A stretch of 20,000 bases of DNA from an uncultured virus (IMG/VR IMGVR_UViG_2061766007_004328) (IMGVR_UViG_2061766007_004328); one strand, 5' to 3'. Shown: positions 1 through 7,242, counted from the stretch's first letter. Made by a program: numbers and translations. The notes: generated from the letters alone by a model not told the origin.

Positions 1-38
1 TAGGAACCATCGTTGACGCAGGAGTAAGGGTAAGATGA
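1..38 (+). CDS. 3' end of an upstream gene (partial), possibly the tape measure protein
   Basis: The frame starting at nt 3 reads GTIVDAGVRVR-stop (TGA 36-38) and overlaps the next ATG (35-37) as ATGA, suggesting translational coupling. The product is inferred only from its position upstream of a distal-tail-like gene. Confidence 0.35.
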   Translation, partial: GTIVDAGVRVR

Positions 39-1078
39 TGCACGATGTAATCATAGACGGTGTGAACATCCGGCAGAAGTTCCGGGCGTACCTTCAGGAT
101 GGAGCTTACGGCCCCGTCCTGCAGTGGCCTTCCACCAAGCAGGTAAAGCAGAACGAGTGGCAGGAGGAAGACGGCACGGAGCCGGATCTGTCGGACATCA
201 AGCTCGATACCCGGTCGCTGGTCATCCCGTTCATCCTGAAGGGATATGCCGACGAGATCACCGCGTTCTACAAGTTCTTCGGAGAAAAGCCGAGCCGGGA
301 GTTCCAGTTCTCCGCCCTCGGTCAGACGCTGACGCTCCGGCTGGAGTCAATGGCGAGTCTCGACTATGCGATGACGTTCCATATCCTGCCGATACAGTTC
401 GCGGCGGACATTCCGCTGGAGGGATATACGTACGCCGATCCGGTGTCTTCGCTTGCCGACTCCCGGGACTTCATCCTCGACGGATGGTTGTTCTCCGACT
501 ACGGGATGACGATTCTTGAGGGCTCGATAGAGACTGTCGTGAAGGGTCAGCCGGTGCGTCCCCTGCTCGTTCGCAGGCCGTCCGTGATTGACGGTGCGAC
601 CTACGACCAGAACCCGGTGCTGAACGACCCGAACGACGAGCTGCCGGACGATGAATACGAATCCGTCGGCTCGTCATATGACGGCGTGGCCGGCACGTGG
701 AAGCGCAGCATCTCCGTCGGCGAGGTGACATACAAGGGCAAGGAGATAACGCTGAACTGCCTGCTCCGCGACACCACGGCGGCAGCGGCCCTGCGGAACT
801 ACTACGCCCTGCTGTACAATCTCGTCAGGAAGGACAACACCGTGGACGACGCCCTGGATGCCTGCAAGCGGACGCTATACTGCGCAGCGAACAGCACGTA
901 CTACGAAGGGTACTACAAGAGCCAGCGGGTGAAGGACGCCTACTTCCGCGACGGCCTCGCGTGGATCGAGTTCTCGATGACGCTGGCCATCACTAAGGAG
1001 TTCACGTTGCACCGCGTCCTGCAGGCCGAGAGCGGCCACGTGGTACTGACCGAAAACGGATACGCAATACTTGTCTAA
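35..1078 (+). CDS. Phage tail protein, probably distal tail (Dit)-like
   Basis: 347-aa ORF with two related halves (IIDGVNI.../ILDGWLF...). It has an NEWQEEDGTEPDLS motif typical of Bacteroidota phage tail proteins and a C-terminal LQAESGHVVLTENG motif. It lies at the head of the tail module. Confidence 0.6.
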   Translation: MMHDVIIDGVNIRQKFRAYLQDGAYGPVLQWPSTKQVKQNEWQEEDGTEPDLSDIKLDTRSLVIPFILKGYADEITAFYKFFGEKPSREFQFSALGQTLTLRLESMASLDYAMTFHILPIQFAADIPLEGYTYADPVSSLADSRDFILDGWLFSDYGMTILEGSIETVVKGQPVRPLLVRRPSVIDGATYDQNPVLNDPNDELPDDEYESVGSSYDGVAGTWKRSISVGEVTYKGKEITLNCLLRDTTAAAALRNYYALLYNLVRKDNTVDDALDACKRTLYCAANSTYYEGYYKSQRVKDAYFRDGLAWIEFSMTLAITKEFTLHRVLQAESGHVVLTENGYAILV

Positions 1079-1097
1079 CCGCCAAAACCAACAGAAT

Positions 1098-2366
1098 ATG
1101 AGTGACGAACTTGAGTTTGTAAAAATATCGGAACTGCCCCCGCTGCCGAATAACGACTTCACGGGATTCTATATCATCGGAACGAAGGAGAACGCATCCG
1201 GCGTTCCGACGTCCTATGCCGTCAGCTTGACCGTGCTGGGGCAAGCCATAGCCGCCGCCACGCAAGCGGCCACCGCTGCGAACAACGCCGCTGAAGCTGC
1301 CGACGCGGCTGCACGGGCGTTCCTCGCCATCATCGTACAGCAGACCGGGCAGAACACCGACAAGGTGATGAGCCAGAAGGCCGTCACCGATGCCATCGGA
1401 AACAAGGTGGACAAGAGTGCCGGCGTGACCGGCGTGTCCTACGATACCGGCGAGAAGAAGCTGAAGAAGACCATCAACGGCGCGACAAGCGAGGTGGTCA
1501 CCGCAGCGAAGGTCGTGCAAGACGGCGGTGCCGTGATCAAGGTGCAGGTGAACCACGCCGAGCAGGCCGTCACGAACAACATTGTAAACATCGACGTCCC
1601 GGTCGCATCCGATGCCGACCCGAAGATGGACGGCTCGAAGTCGCCCGGCACCGGTACGGCGTTCTCCCGTTCGGATCACGTCCACCCGTCCGACAGTTCG
1701 AAGGCCAACAAGTCCGAAACGGTGTCCGACGTCAGCTGGGATGACAGCAACGGAAAGCTGAAGAAAACCGTCAACGGCACGACGAGCGACATCGTGACGC
1801 TCGATACCACCCCGACCACGAACTCCAAGAAGCCGATCACGTCCGGCGGTGTGAAGAACGCCATCGCCGACTTCATTACGAAGTCCGTGAACGACCTGGT
1901 GTACTACTACACGAAGTCACAGACCTACACGAAGGACGAGGTGCAGCAAATCATCGCCACCGTCCGGCAGTTCACGTACGAGGTGGTCAACTCACTGCCT
2001 ACGGCTTCCGCCGACACTATGAACAAGATCTATCTCGTCCCGTCCACGAATCCGCAGACGCAGAATGTCAAGGACGAATACATCACAGTTCGCAGCGGCA
2101 GCGAGGGAAGCTACACCTACGCCTGGGAGCAGATCGGCTCGACGACCATCGACCTGTCCGGCTACTACACGAGCGCTCAGACCGACACGGCCATCTCCAA
2201 CGCCCTGAGCGCCGCGCTCGCCAGCTACTCGACCACCACGCAGATGCAGAGTTACATTGCCGGCATCATCGCCAGCTACTACACCAAGGCCGAGGTTGAC
2301 CAGAAGTTCACCGACCTCAGTCTTTCGGTCGTGAACGGCAAGCTGTGCCAGACCTTCGTTGAATAA
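1098..2366 (+). CDS. Tail fibre / fibre shaft protein
   Basis: The ATG at 1098 follows an A-rich leader and is preferred over the TTG at 1071. Motifs common in phage fibres: KISELP N-terminus, Ala-rich coiled coil, TGQNTDKVMSQKAVT, SRSDHVHP, LDTTPTTNSKKPITSGGV, VVNSLPTA...IYLVP...WEQIG, and repeated YYTKxE-like units. Confidence 0.75.
   Translation: MSDELEFVKISELPPLPNNDFTGFYIIGTKENASGVPTSYAVSLTVLGQAIAAATQAATAANNAAEAADAAARAFLAIIVQQTGQNTDKVMSQKAVTDAIGNKVDKSAGVTGVSYDTGEKKLKKTINGATSEVVTAAKVVQDGGAVIKVQVNHAEQAVTNNIVNIDVPVASDADPKMDGSKSPGTGTAFSRSDHVHPSDSSKANKSETVSDVSWDDSNGKLKKTVNGTTSDIVTLDTTPTTNSKKPITSGGVKNAIADFITKSVNDLVYYYTKSQTYTKDEVQQIIATVRQFTYEVVNSLPTASADTMNKIYLVPSTNPQTQNVKDEYITVRSGSEGSYTYAWEQIGSTTIDLSGYYTSAQTDTAISNALSAALASYSTTTQMQSYIAGIIASYYTKAEVDQKFTDLSLSVVNGKLCQTFVE
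1404..1799 (+). repeat. Internal ~33-aa duplication in the fibre gene (copies begin at 1404 and 1701)
   Basis: KVDKSAGVTGVSYDTGEKKLKKTINGATSEVVT versus KANKSETVSDVSWDDSNGKLKKTVNGTTSDIVT, 297 nt apart. Confidence 0.85.
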
Positions 2367-2385
2367 CCCATAAAAATGATTCTAT

Positions 2386-3708
2386 ATGAGTGAAGTAACA
2401 AAACCCGTAATGCTCGACGAGACCGGAAAGGAGATCGTTGAACAGCTTAAACGGCTTGCCGACCAGGGCTCCGCGACCATCGACGGCATCGACCTGTCGT
2501 TCCGCGACATCCTCGGCGTGAACCTCGTGCTCCGCAACACGGCGAATATGTATGTCTGCCGTGCTGCCGGACTGTACCGCTTCCCGTTGGTCTATGGCAA
2601 CGGCATCAAGAACGGCAGCGAGAACGCTCAGGCGTACACCAGCGGTGGCGGCGCCTATCAAGCCAACTTCGTGAACCACCTCGGCAACACGCTCGTCAGT
2701 CCGTTCATCGAACGCAACCCTGGCTGCGCTGCCGCATCCGCCGTCCTGCTCGGCCAGACCGCGCAGGGAATGATTACCGAGGTCAAGCTTATGGCCGGCC
2801 CTGACTGCCGCTATCTCCAGTTCACGCTTGCCTCCGTCCCTGCCACGAACGGCGTGGCCGTCCTGGCCATCAAGGACACCAACGACAAGGTGATTTGGAG
2901 CTGGACGATCTGGGTGACCACCGACAACCTTGTAGCCGAGAACTACAAGAACAACACGAACGTGGACTACTACCTGCTGAACGAAGCCATCGGCACGATC
3001 TGGAACGCAGACCGCACGCGATGTATGAACCCGTTCTATCAGTGGGGTCGTAAGGATATGCTCGGCATCCCGGCGGCGTACAACAGCAACTCGCTGATGA
3101 CGATGTACGACATCGCCGGCAACACCGTCACGTGGGGCAATTATGGCGTGGCCAACGACGCAGACCAGGGCGGAACCGTCCGCTCCGTTGCTAACTCGAT
3201 CCAGATGCCGGACAAGTTCTTCCTGCAGTACGACGAAACGAACTACAACTGGAACAACCTTGCCTGGTTCAACAACTTCTGGAACGCGGCCCTGAACGTC
3301 ACGGGCGACCTGGCCGACAATCAGGCCACGGCCATCAAGACCATCTACGACCCGTGCCCCGTGGGCTATATGCTCCCGGCAGGACGCTTCGCAACGGGAT
3401 TCACGACCACCGGCTCCAATGAGTCCGATTCCTCGAAGTTCAATGTCGTAGGCGAGTTTGCCAACGGCTGGAATTTCAAGAAGAACTCCGCAGACGCCGT
3501 AGGCGCATATTGGCCCGCGTCCGGCTGCCGGAACAGAACGAGTGGCGGCTTGAACGGTGTCGGGTCGTACGGCTACTTCTGGTCGTTTGCTCCGTACTCG
3601 CAGACCATCGCTCGCAACTTGTACTTCTACAGCGGCAACGTCTACCCGTTGTACAGCAACCTCCGGGCTTACGGCTTCAGCGTGCGTCCCTCCCGAGAAT
3701 TAAATTAA
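2386..3708 (+). CDS. DGR target protein; probable receptor-binding / fibre-tip protein with a C-terminal C-type-lectin-like variable domain
   Basis: 440 aa, with the last ~60 codons forming the VR. Motifs TANMYV, IWSWTIW, YQWGRKD, KTIYDPCPVGY, PASGCR...G.L..VG..GYFWS and a terminal GFSVRP match Bacteroidota CLec-type DGR targets. It lies directly after a fibre gene. Confidence 0.9.
   Translation: MSEVTKPVMLDETGKEIVEQLKRLADQGSATIDGIDLSFRDILGVNLVLRNTANMYVCRAAGLYRFPLVYGNGIKNGSENAQAYTSGGGAYQANFVNHLGNTLVSPFIERNPGCAAASAVLLGQTAQGMITEVKLMAGPDCRYLQFTLASVPATNGVAVLAIKDTNDKVIWSWTIWVTTDNLVAENYKNNTNVDYYLLNEAIGTIWNADRTRCMNPFYQWGRKDMLGIPAAYNSNSLMTMYDIAGNTVTWGNYGVANDADQGGTVRSVANSIQMPDKFFLQYDETNYNWNNLAWFNNFWNAALNVTGDLADNQATAIKTIYDPCPVGYMLPAGRFATGFTTTGSNESDSSKFNVVGEFANGWNFKKNSADAVGAYWPASGCRNRTSGGLNGVGSYGYFWSFAPYSQTIARNLYFYSGNVYPLYSNLRAYGFSVRPSRELN
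3516..3697 (+). repeat. DGR variable repeat (VR), 182 bp
   Basis: Gapless alignment to 4556-4737 (offset 1040) with 15 mismatches at 3527, 3556, 3557, 3568, 3574, 3595, 3608, 3622, 3628, 3643, 3652, 3656, 3661, 3662 and 3670. Every one is opposite an A in the TR. Confidence 0.98.
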
Positions 3709-3719
3709 GAATTTTTACC

Positions 3720-3746
3720 GTCCGCGCCCTTTCTTTAGGCGCGGAC
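3720..3746. promoter_or_regulatory. GC-rich hairpin/cruciform downstream of VR (candidate DGR target-recognition element)
   Basis: Perfect 9-bp inverted repeat GTCCGCGCC (3720-3728) / GGCGCGGAC (3738-3746) with a 9-nt loop, 22 nt after the VR end. No U-tract follows it. A hairpin in this position is needed for efficient homing in the BPP-1 DGR. Confidence 0.75.
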
Positions 3747-3774
3747 AGGGTTGCACTTTGAAATCCGCCATCCG

Positions 3775-3927
3775 ATGAGCAAGAAGACAGTCATCAAAAT
3801 CAAGAACTCCGTTGTCGTCCTCGGCGCCAACCCGGTCGATGAAATCAAGAATTTCGACCTCGCTACCGCGACGCCGATGGATTGCTTCGAGTTTGTCAAG
3901 AAACTGAAGGAGCGCTATGGCAACTGA
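3775..3927 (+). CDS. 50-aa microprotein resembling the MutS C-terminal oligomerisation domain (not in the ORF track)
   Basis: ATG 3775 to TGA 3925-3927 gives MSKKTVIKIKNSVVVLGANPVDEIKNFDLATATPMDCFEFVKKLKERYGN. Codon usage matches neighbouring genes (AAG, ATC, GTC, AAC, TTC). It fills the gap between the hairpin and avd and overlaps the avd start by 11 nt. Confidence 0.75.
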   Translation: MSKKTVIKIKNSVVVLGANPVDEIKNFDLATATPMDCFEFVKKLKERYGN

Positions 3928-4294
3928 GGGAAGGCTTCCGTTGTACAACAAGGTGCGTCAGATCTTCGACCAGTTCGAGATGTCCACGCGCAAGAATCCC
4001 GTCAACATCAAGAGGGGTATCGTTGCCGTGGTCGAGAATCAGCTGATTGAGGCGCTGGTGCTGCTGAGTTATGCCGAGGAGGTCACCGGCGATGACTGTG
4101 CGGAAGACCGGATGGATCTCATTGACAAGATCGGCAAGATACTGAAGGAAGTGAGAATCCGCATCCGCGTCATGCACGACCTGAAGTTTATGAAGGACAC
4201 TGGCTTTGATGCTCTCGGAAAGTTGCAGAACAATGCCAACGACCAGCTCGCCGGATGGCGGAATAAAACAGAGAAGATAATTGAAAAACGTTAA
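3917..4294 (+). CDS. avd: DGR accessory variability determinant (Avd-like four-helix-bundle protein)
   Basis: 125 aa and predicted helical, with an LPLYNK N-terminus, a KEVRIRIRVMHDLKFM segment and a QLAGW C-terminal motif. It sits immediately upstream of TR and RT. Confidence 0.85.
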   Translation: MATEGRLPLYNKVRQIFDQFEMSTRKNPVNIKRGIVAVVENQLIEALVLLSYAEEVTGDDCAEDRMDLIDKIGKILKEVRIRIRVMHDLKFMKDTGFDALGKLQNNANDQLAGWRNKTEKIIEKR

Positions 4295-4775
4295 ACCATA
4301 CTTCCCGCTGCGAGATAGGCAGAAGGCGGTCGAACCTGCGGTAAATCGTATTCGCTCCGCACAGTCCTTCCCAATTCAGTGGCCCACCCTGCTGAAAGGC
4401 AGGATATTCCAGATTGTGCTGGTGCTGTTGGTGGTGGCGTTTGCGGCACAAGAAGTCTATGAGGCCGATGGTTCGGAGCCTTCGACCGCATCGCCCACAG
4501 AGTGGCGGCGTTGCGAAGAAGCAGCGTATTCAACAAAAGGGACACTCATCACGGACGCGTCCGGCTACCGGAACAGAACGAGTGGCGGCTTGAACAATGT
4601 CGGGTCGAACGGCAACTTCTGGTCGTTTGCTCCGAACTCGCAGACCAACGCTCGCAACTTGAACTTCAACAGCGGCAACGTCAACCCGTTGAACAACAAC
4701 AACCGGGCTAACGGCTTCAGCGTGCGTCCCTCCCGAGCATTGGGGGTAGTGGCGGGAAGTTTTCATTTCGATAGA
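4295..4775 (+). ncRNA. Probable DGR template RNA region (structured 5' spacer + TR + short 3' spacer)
   Basis: This avd-RT intergenic region contains the TR and several stems, e.g. TTGTGCTG 4414-4421 / CGGCACAA 4444-4451, TTCAG 4375-4379 / CTGAA 4392-4396, and TCCCG 4731-4735 / CGGGA 4753-4757. RNA boundaries are unknown. Confidence 0.6.
4556..4737 (+). repeat. DGR template repeat (TR), 182 bp
   Basis: A-rich copy of the VR with 44 adenines and 17 AAY codons in the VR reading frame. It ends in the GC-rich tract CGTGCGTCCCTCCCGAG shared with the VR, after which the copies diverge (IMH/IMH*-like). Confidence 0.98.
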
Positions 4776-5950
4776 ATGAGGTACACTTACGATGAGATCC
4801 ACTCGCTCGTCACGTTCGCTTATCTGAAGGCTCGGGAGAAGGAACGTGCCACCGATTCGCAGGTGGAATTCGAGGTGGACCTGGAGAAGAACATCAGTGA
4901 CCTCGCCAGGGAGTTGTACCGCCGGGAGTGGCTCCCCCAGCNNNNNNNNNNNNNNNNNNNNNNNNNNNNNNNACCGTCCGTGAGGTGTTCGCCCCGAAGT
5001 TCCGCGACCGCGTGGTCAGCCACGTGCTGTTTATGATGATATCGCCCATCTTTGAGCGGTACTTCGTATATGACAGCTTCTCGTGCCGTGTCGGAAAGGG
5101 AACGCTCGTCGGCATCGAGCGCCTGGAGCATCATATCCGCAGCGTGACGGACAACTACCGGCGCGAGGCGTTCATCCTGAACTACGACATCAAGGCGTAC
5201 TTTATGAGCATCGTTCGGAGCCGTCTGTACGACATCATCCGCACCACGCTCGCCAAGCACCAGAGACGGTTCCCGGACGCCATCGACTACGATTTTGCGG
5301 ACTGGCTGATACACACCGTCATTATTCTGAAAGATCCGCTCGAGGGCTGCGTGTACCACGGTGACCCGGCCCTCATCAAGCTGATACAGCCCGGAAAGAG
5401 TCTTCGCGACCAGCCTCCGGGCGTTGGCATCCCTATCGGCGATGTGCAGAATCAGCTCTGCTCGAATATCTATCTGAACGTGTTCGACTGGTTCATCCTG
5501 CTGGCCCTCAAAGTCAGGCACGCCGTACGCTATGTCGATGACGGAAAGATGCTGCACCAAAGCTACGCCTACCTTGAGGATTGCTGGGGACGCTCGGAAG
5601 AGTTCCTGAAGAACGAGCTCGAACTGACGCTCCATCCGCTGAAGACGCAGATCACAAGCACGAACGAAACGACGTTCTTCCTCGGTGCGGCCATCAAGCC
5701 GTACCGCAGATACGCCACGAACGAGGCCATCACCCGTATGAAGCAGCGCTTCATAGAGATTGACGGGCTGCTCGCAGACGGCACCGGGAACACGGAGCAG
5801 CTGATGGCCCGGATCAACTCGCACCTCGGCTATATGTCCCACTTCGATGAGAAAAAGATGATTGCGAAGGCACTGGCCAACGCACCGCATATCCTGCAAT
5901 ACTTCGACATTTCGAAAGACCTGACGAAAGCAACTGTTAAAACAATATGA
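4776..5950 (+). CDS. DGR reverse transcriptase (~390 aa; spans an N gap)
   Basis: ATG 4776 gives MRYTYDEI...AYLKAR...FEVDLEKNI..LAREL...WLPQ, then the gap, then REVFAPKFRDRVVSH, SFSCRVGKGT, DIKAYFMSI, GIPIGDVQNQ (5426-5455), RYVDD (5528-5542), LHPLKT, FLG and INSHLG. The apparent frame change falls inside the Ns. Confidence 0.95.
4942..4972. other. Assembly gap (31 N)
   Basis: Run of Ns in the sequence. A true length of 29 or 32 nt would restore the RT reading frame. Confidence 0.99.
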
Positions 5951-5953
5951 CCT

Positions 5954-6661
5954 ATGGAAGAAGCACGCTACAAATTCCTTGAGCGCATGACCCACGAAGC
6001 GCTCCCCGGCGGAGGATTCCGCATCTACTATGACGAGCAGGAAGGCACCGAGTCCGCCAAGCACATCGATGAGCAGACGGGCGAGGAAACGACCGACACC
6101 TACACCGTTTACAGCTACCGGGCCGTTGATGTCTCGGCCCTGGAGCGCACGGAAATCATCGTGGCCCTGATCCGCGACACGTATTCCTCGGACGATGAAC
6201 TCGCCATCCAGAGGCAGAAGGACGACAAGCCGGGCGCCTACAACGCCTACAACGCCTATGCGGAGAAGTGCAAGGCCATCGCGAAGAGCATCCTCGAAGG
6301 CGAAACCCTCGACACAGTGAAGGCGCTAAAGGAAGCCGACCTCGGCATCTTCGACGCATCGGATGAGGTCAACTCGTTCTCTGTGGGAGGTAAGTCTATG
6401 TGGCTGTCCCCTGACCGTCGCGGCAACCTGAAGAACGCCTGCGAATCTATGCAGGGTGCCGGCCGCGAGACCGTCCCGTTCGAGGGCGTCATCCTCCCTG
6501 TGGACACGGCCCTGCAGATGCTCTCCGCCATCGAGAATTACGCTGCCGAGTGCTCTATTGTCACGGCCACCCACCGTGCGGCCATCGAAGCCAAGCGCAG
6601 CATCAACACCGTCCGCAGTTATGACTTCACGACGGGTTATCCCGAGAAACTGGTATTCTGA
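5954..6661 (+). CDS. Phage protein with a C-terminal DUF4376-like domain; possible fibre assembly chaperone
   Basis: 235 aa. The N-terminal half has IVALIRDTYSSDDELAIQRQ...YNAYAEKCKAIAK. The C-terminal half has FDASDEVNSF...MWL...AIENYAAEC..VTATH...YDFTTGYPEKL. Both patterns are recognised from Bacteroidota phage tail regions. Confidence 0.6.
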   Translation: MEEARYKFLERMTHEALPGGGFRIYYDEQEGTESAKHIDEQTGEETTDTYTVYSYRAVDVSALERTEIIVALIRDTYSSDDELAIQRQKDDKPGAYNAYNAYAEKCKAIAKSILEGETLDTVKALKEADLGIFDASDEVNSFSVGGKSMWLSPDRRGNLKNACESMQGAGRETVPFEGVILPVDTALQMLSAIENYAAECSIVTATHRAAIEAKRSINTVRSYDFTTGYPEKLVF

Positions 6662-6686
6662 CACACATCGCTAAAACTATACTGAT

Positions 6687-7238
6687 ATGTCAACTTTCGC
6701 CCTTGTATTCGCAATCGTAAGCCTGTTGATCATTGCCGGCTTCGTTGCGCTGTCCATCCGCAAGTTCGGGATGCAGCGTTCCTACTCCGCCTTCGCACCG
6801 AAATGGAGCGAGGCCGTACCCATCAAGAATATGAACCTTTGGAGCATCGTGACCGTGGTCGTGGCGTTCCTGTTCGTGTTCGGATCTATCGAGCGCGGTA
6901 CTGACAACCCGTGGCAGTTCCTGGGATTCTTTATGTCGGTGTTCCTGATTATCGTGGCTCTCGACCCTCTGCTGGAGCCGAAGCCCGATGACACGGAAGC
7001 CGAGAAGAAGAGGAAGCACACCCTGCTTATCGTACACACCGTTGCGGCTCTGCTCTGTGCAGCAGCCGTCATCCTGTGGACGATCCTTGTCTGCCATAGG
7101 TGGTGGCTGTACCCCGTTGCGTTCGCGCTGATGGCCTTTCAGGGATTCGCCTCGAAGACCTTGAAATCGTCGTTTGTTTTCTGGGCCGAGATGGCTCTGT
7201 TTGTTTCCGGCTATGCCGGTATTCTGATAGGAGGCTGA
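6687..7238 (+). CDS. Multi-pass membrane protein, function unknown
   Basis: 183 aa with about 5-6 hydrophobic segments and an A-rich leader. Confidence 0.8.
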   Translation: MSTFALVFAIVSLLIIAGFVALSIRKFGMQRSYSAFAPKWSEAVPIKNMNLWSIVTVVVAFLFVFGSIERGTDNPWQFLGFFMSVFLIIVALDPLLEPKPDDTEAEKKRKHTLLIVHTVAALLCAAAVILWTILVCHRWWLYPVAFALMAFQGFASKTLKSSFVFWAEMALFVSGYAGILIGG

Positions 7239-7242
7239 GACG

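Larger units (their letters stand above)
2386..5950 (+). mobile_element. Diversity-generating retroelement cassette: target(VR) - hairpin - small ORF - avd - spacer - TR - RT
   Basis: A VR/TR pair with adenine-only mismatches, an Avd-like ORF and a DGR-type RT, all co-oriented. Confidence 0.97.

Noticed and set aside
3241..3285. Asn-rich tract NYNWNNLAWFNNFWN in the target gene as a possible second VR or TR
   Set aside because: It shares only about 10 nt (CAACTTCTGG) with the TR and has no extended alignment.
3720..3746. Hairpin as a rho-independent terminator
   Set aside because: No U-tract follows on the + strand, and its position just after the VR fits a DGR homing element better.
3510..4711. 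Similar alternate-frame ORFs 3510-3761 and 4502-4711
   Set aside because: Their similarity is just the VR/TR repeat read in another frame.
4928..5036. Apparent frameshift or pseudogenisation of the RT (split between track ORFs 4281-5036 and 4928-5950)
   Set aside because: The frame change falls within the 31-N gap, and RT motifs continue on both sides with about 10 residues missing. It is most likely a gap-length artefact.
4776..5950. RT as a group II intron, retron or Abi-type RT
   Set aside because: Its short length, absence of maturase or endonuclease domains, and adjacent avd and TR/VR identify it as DGR-type.
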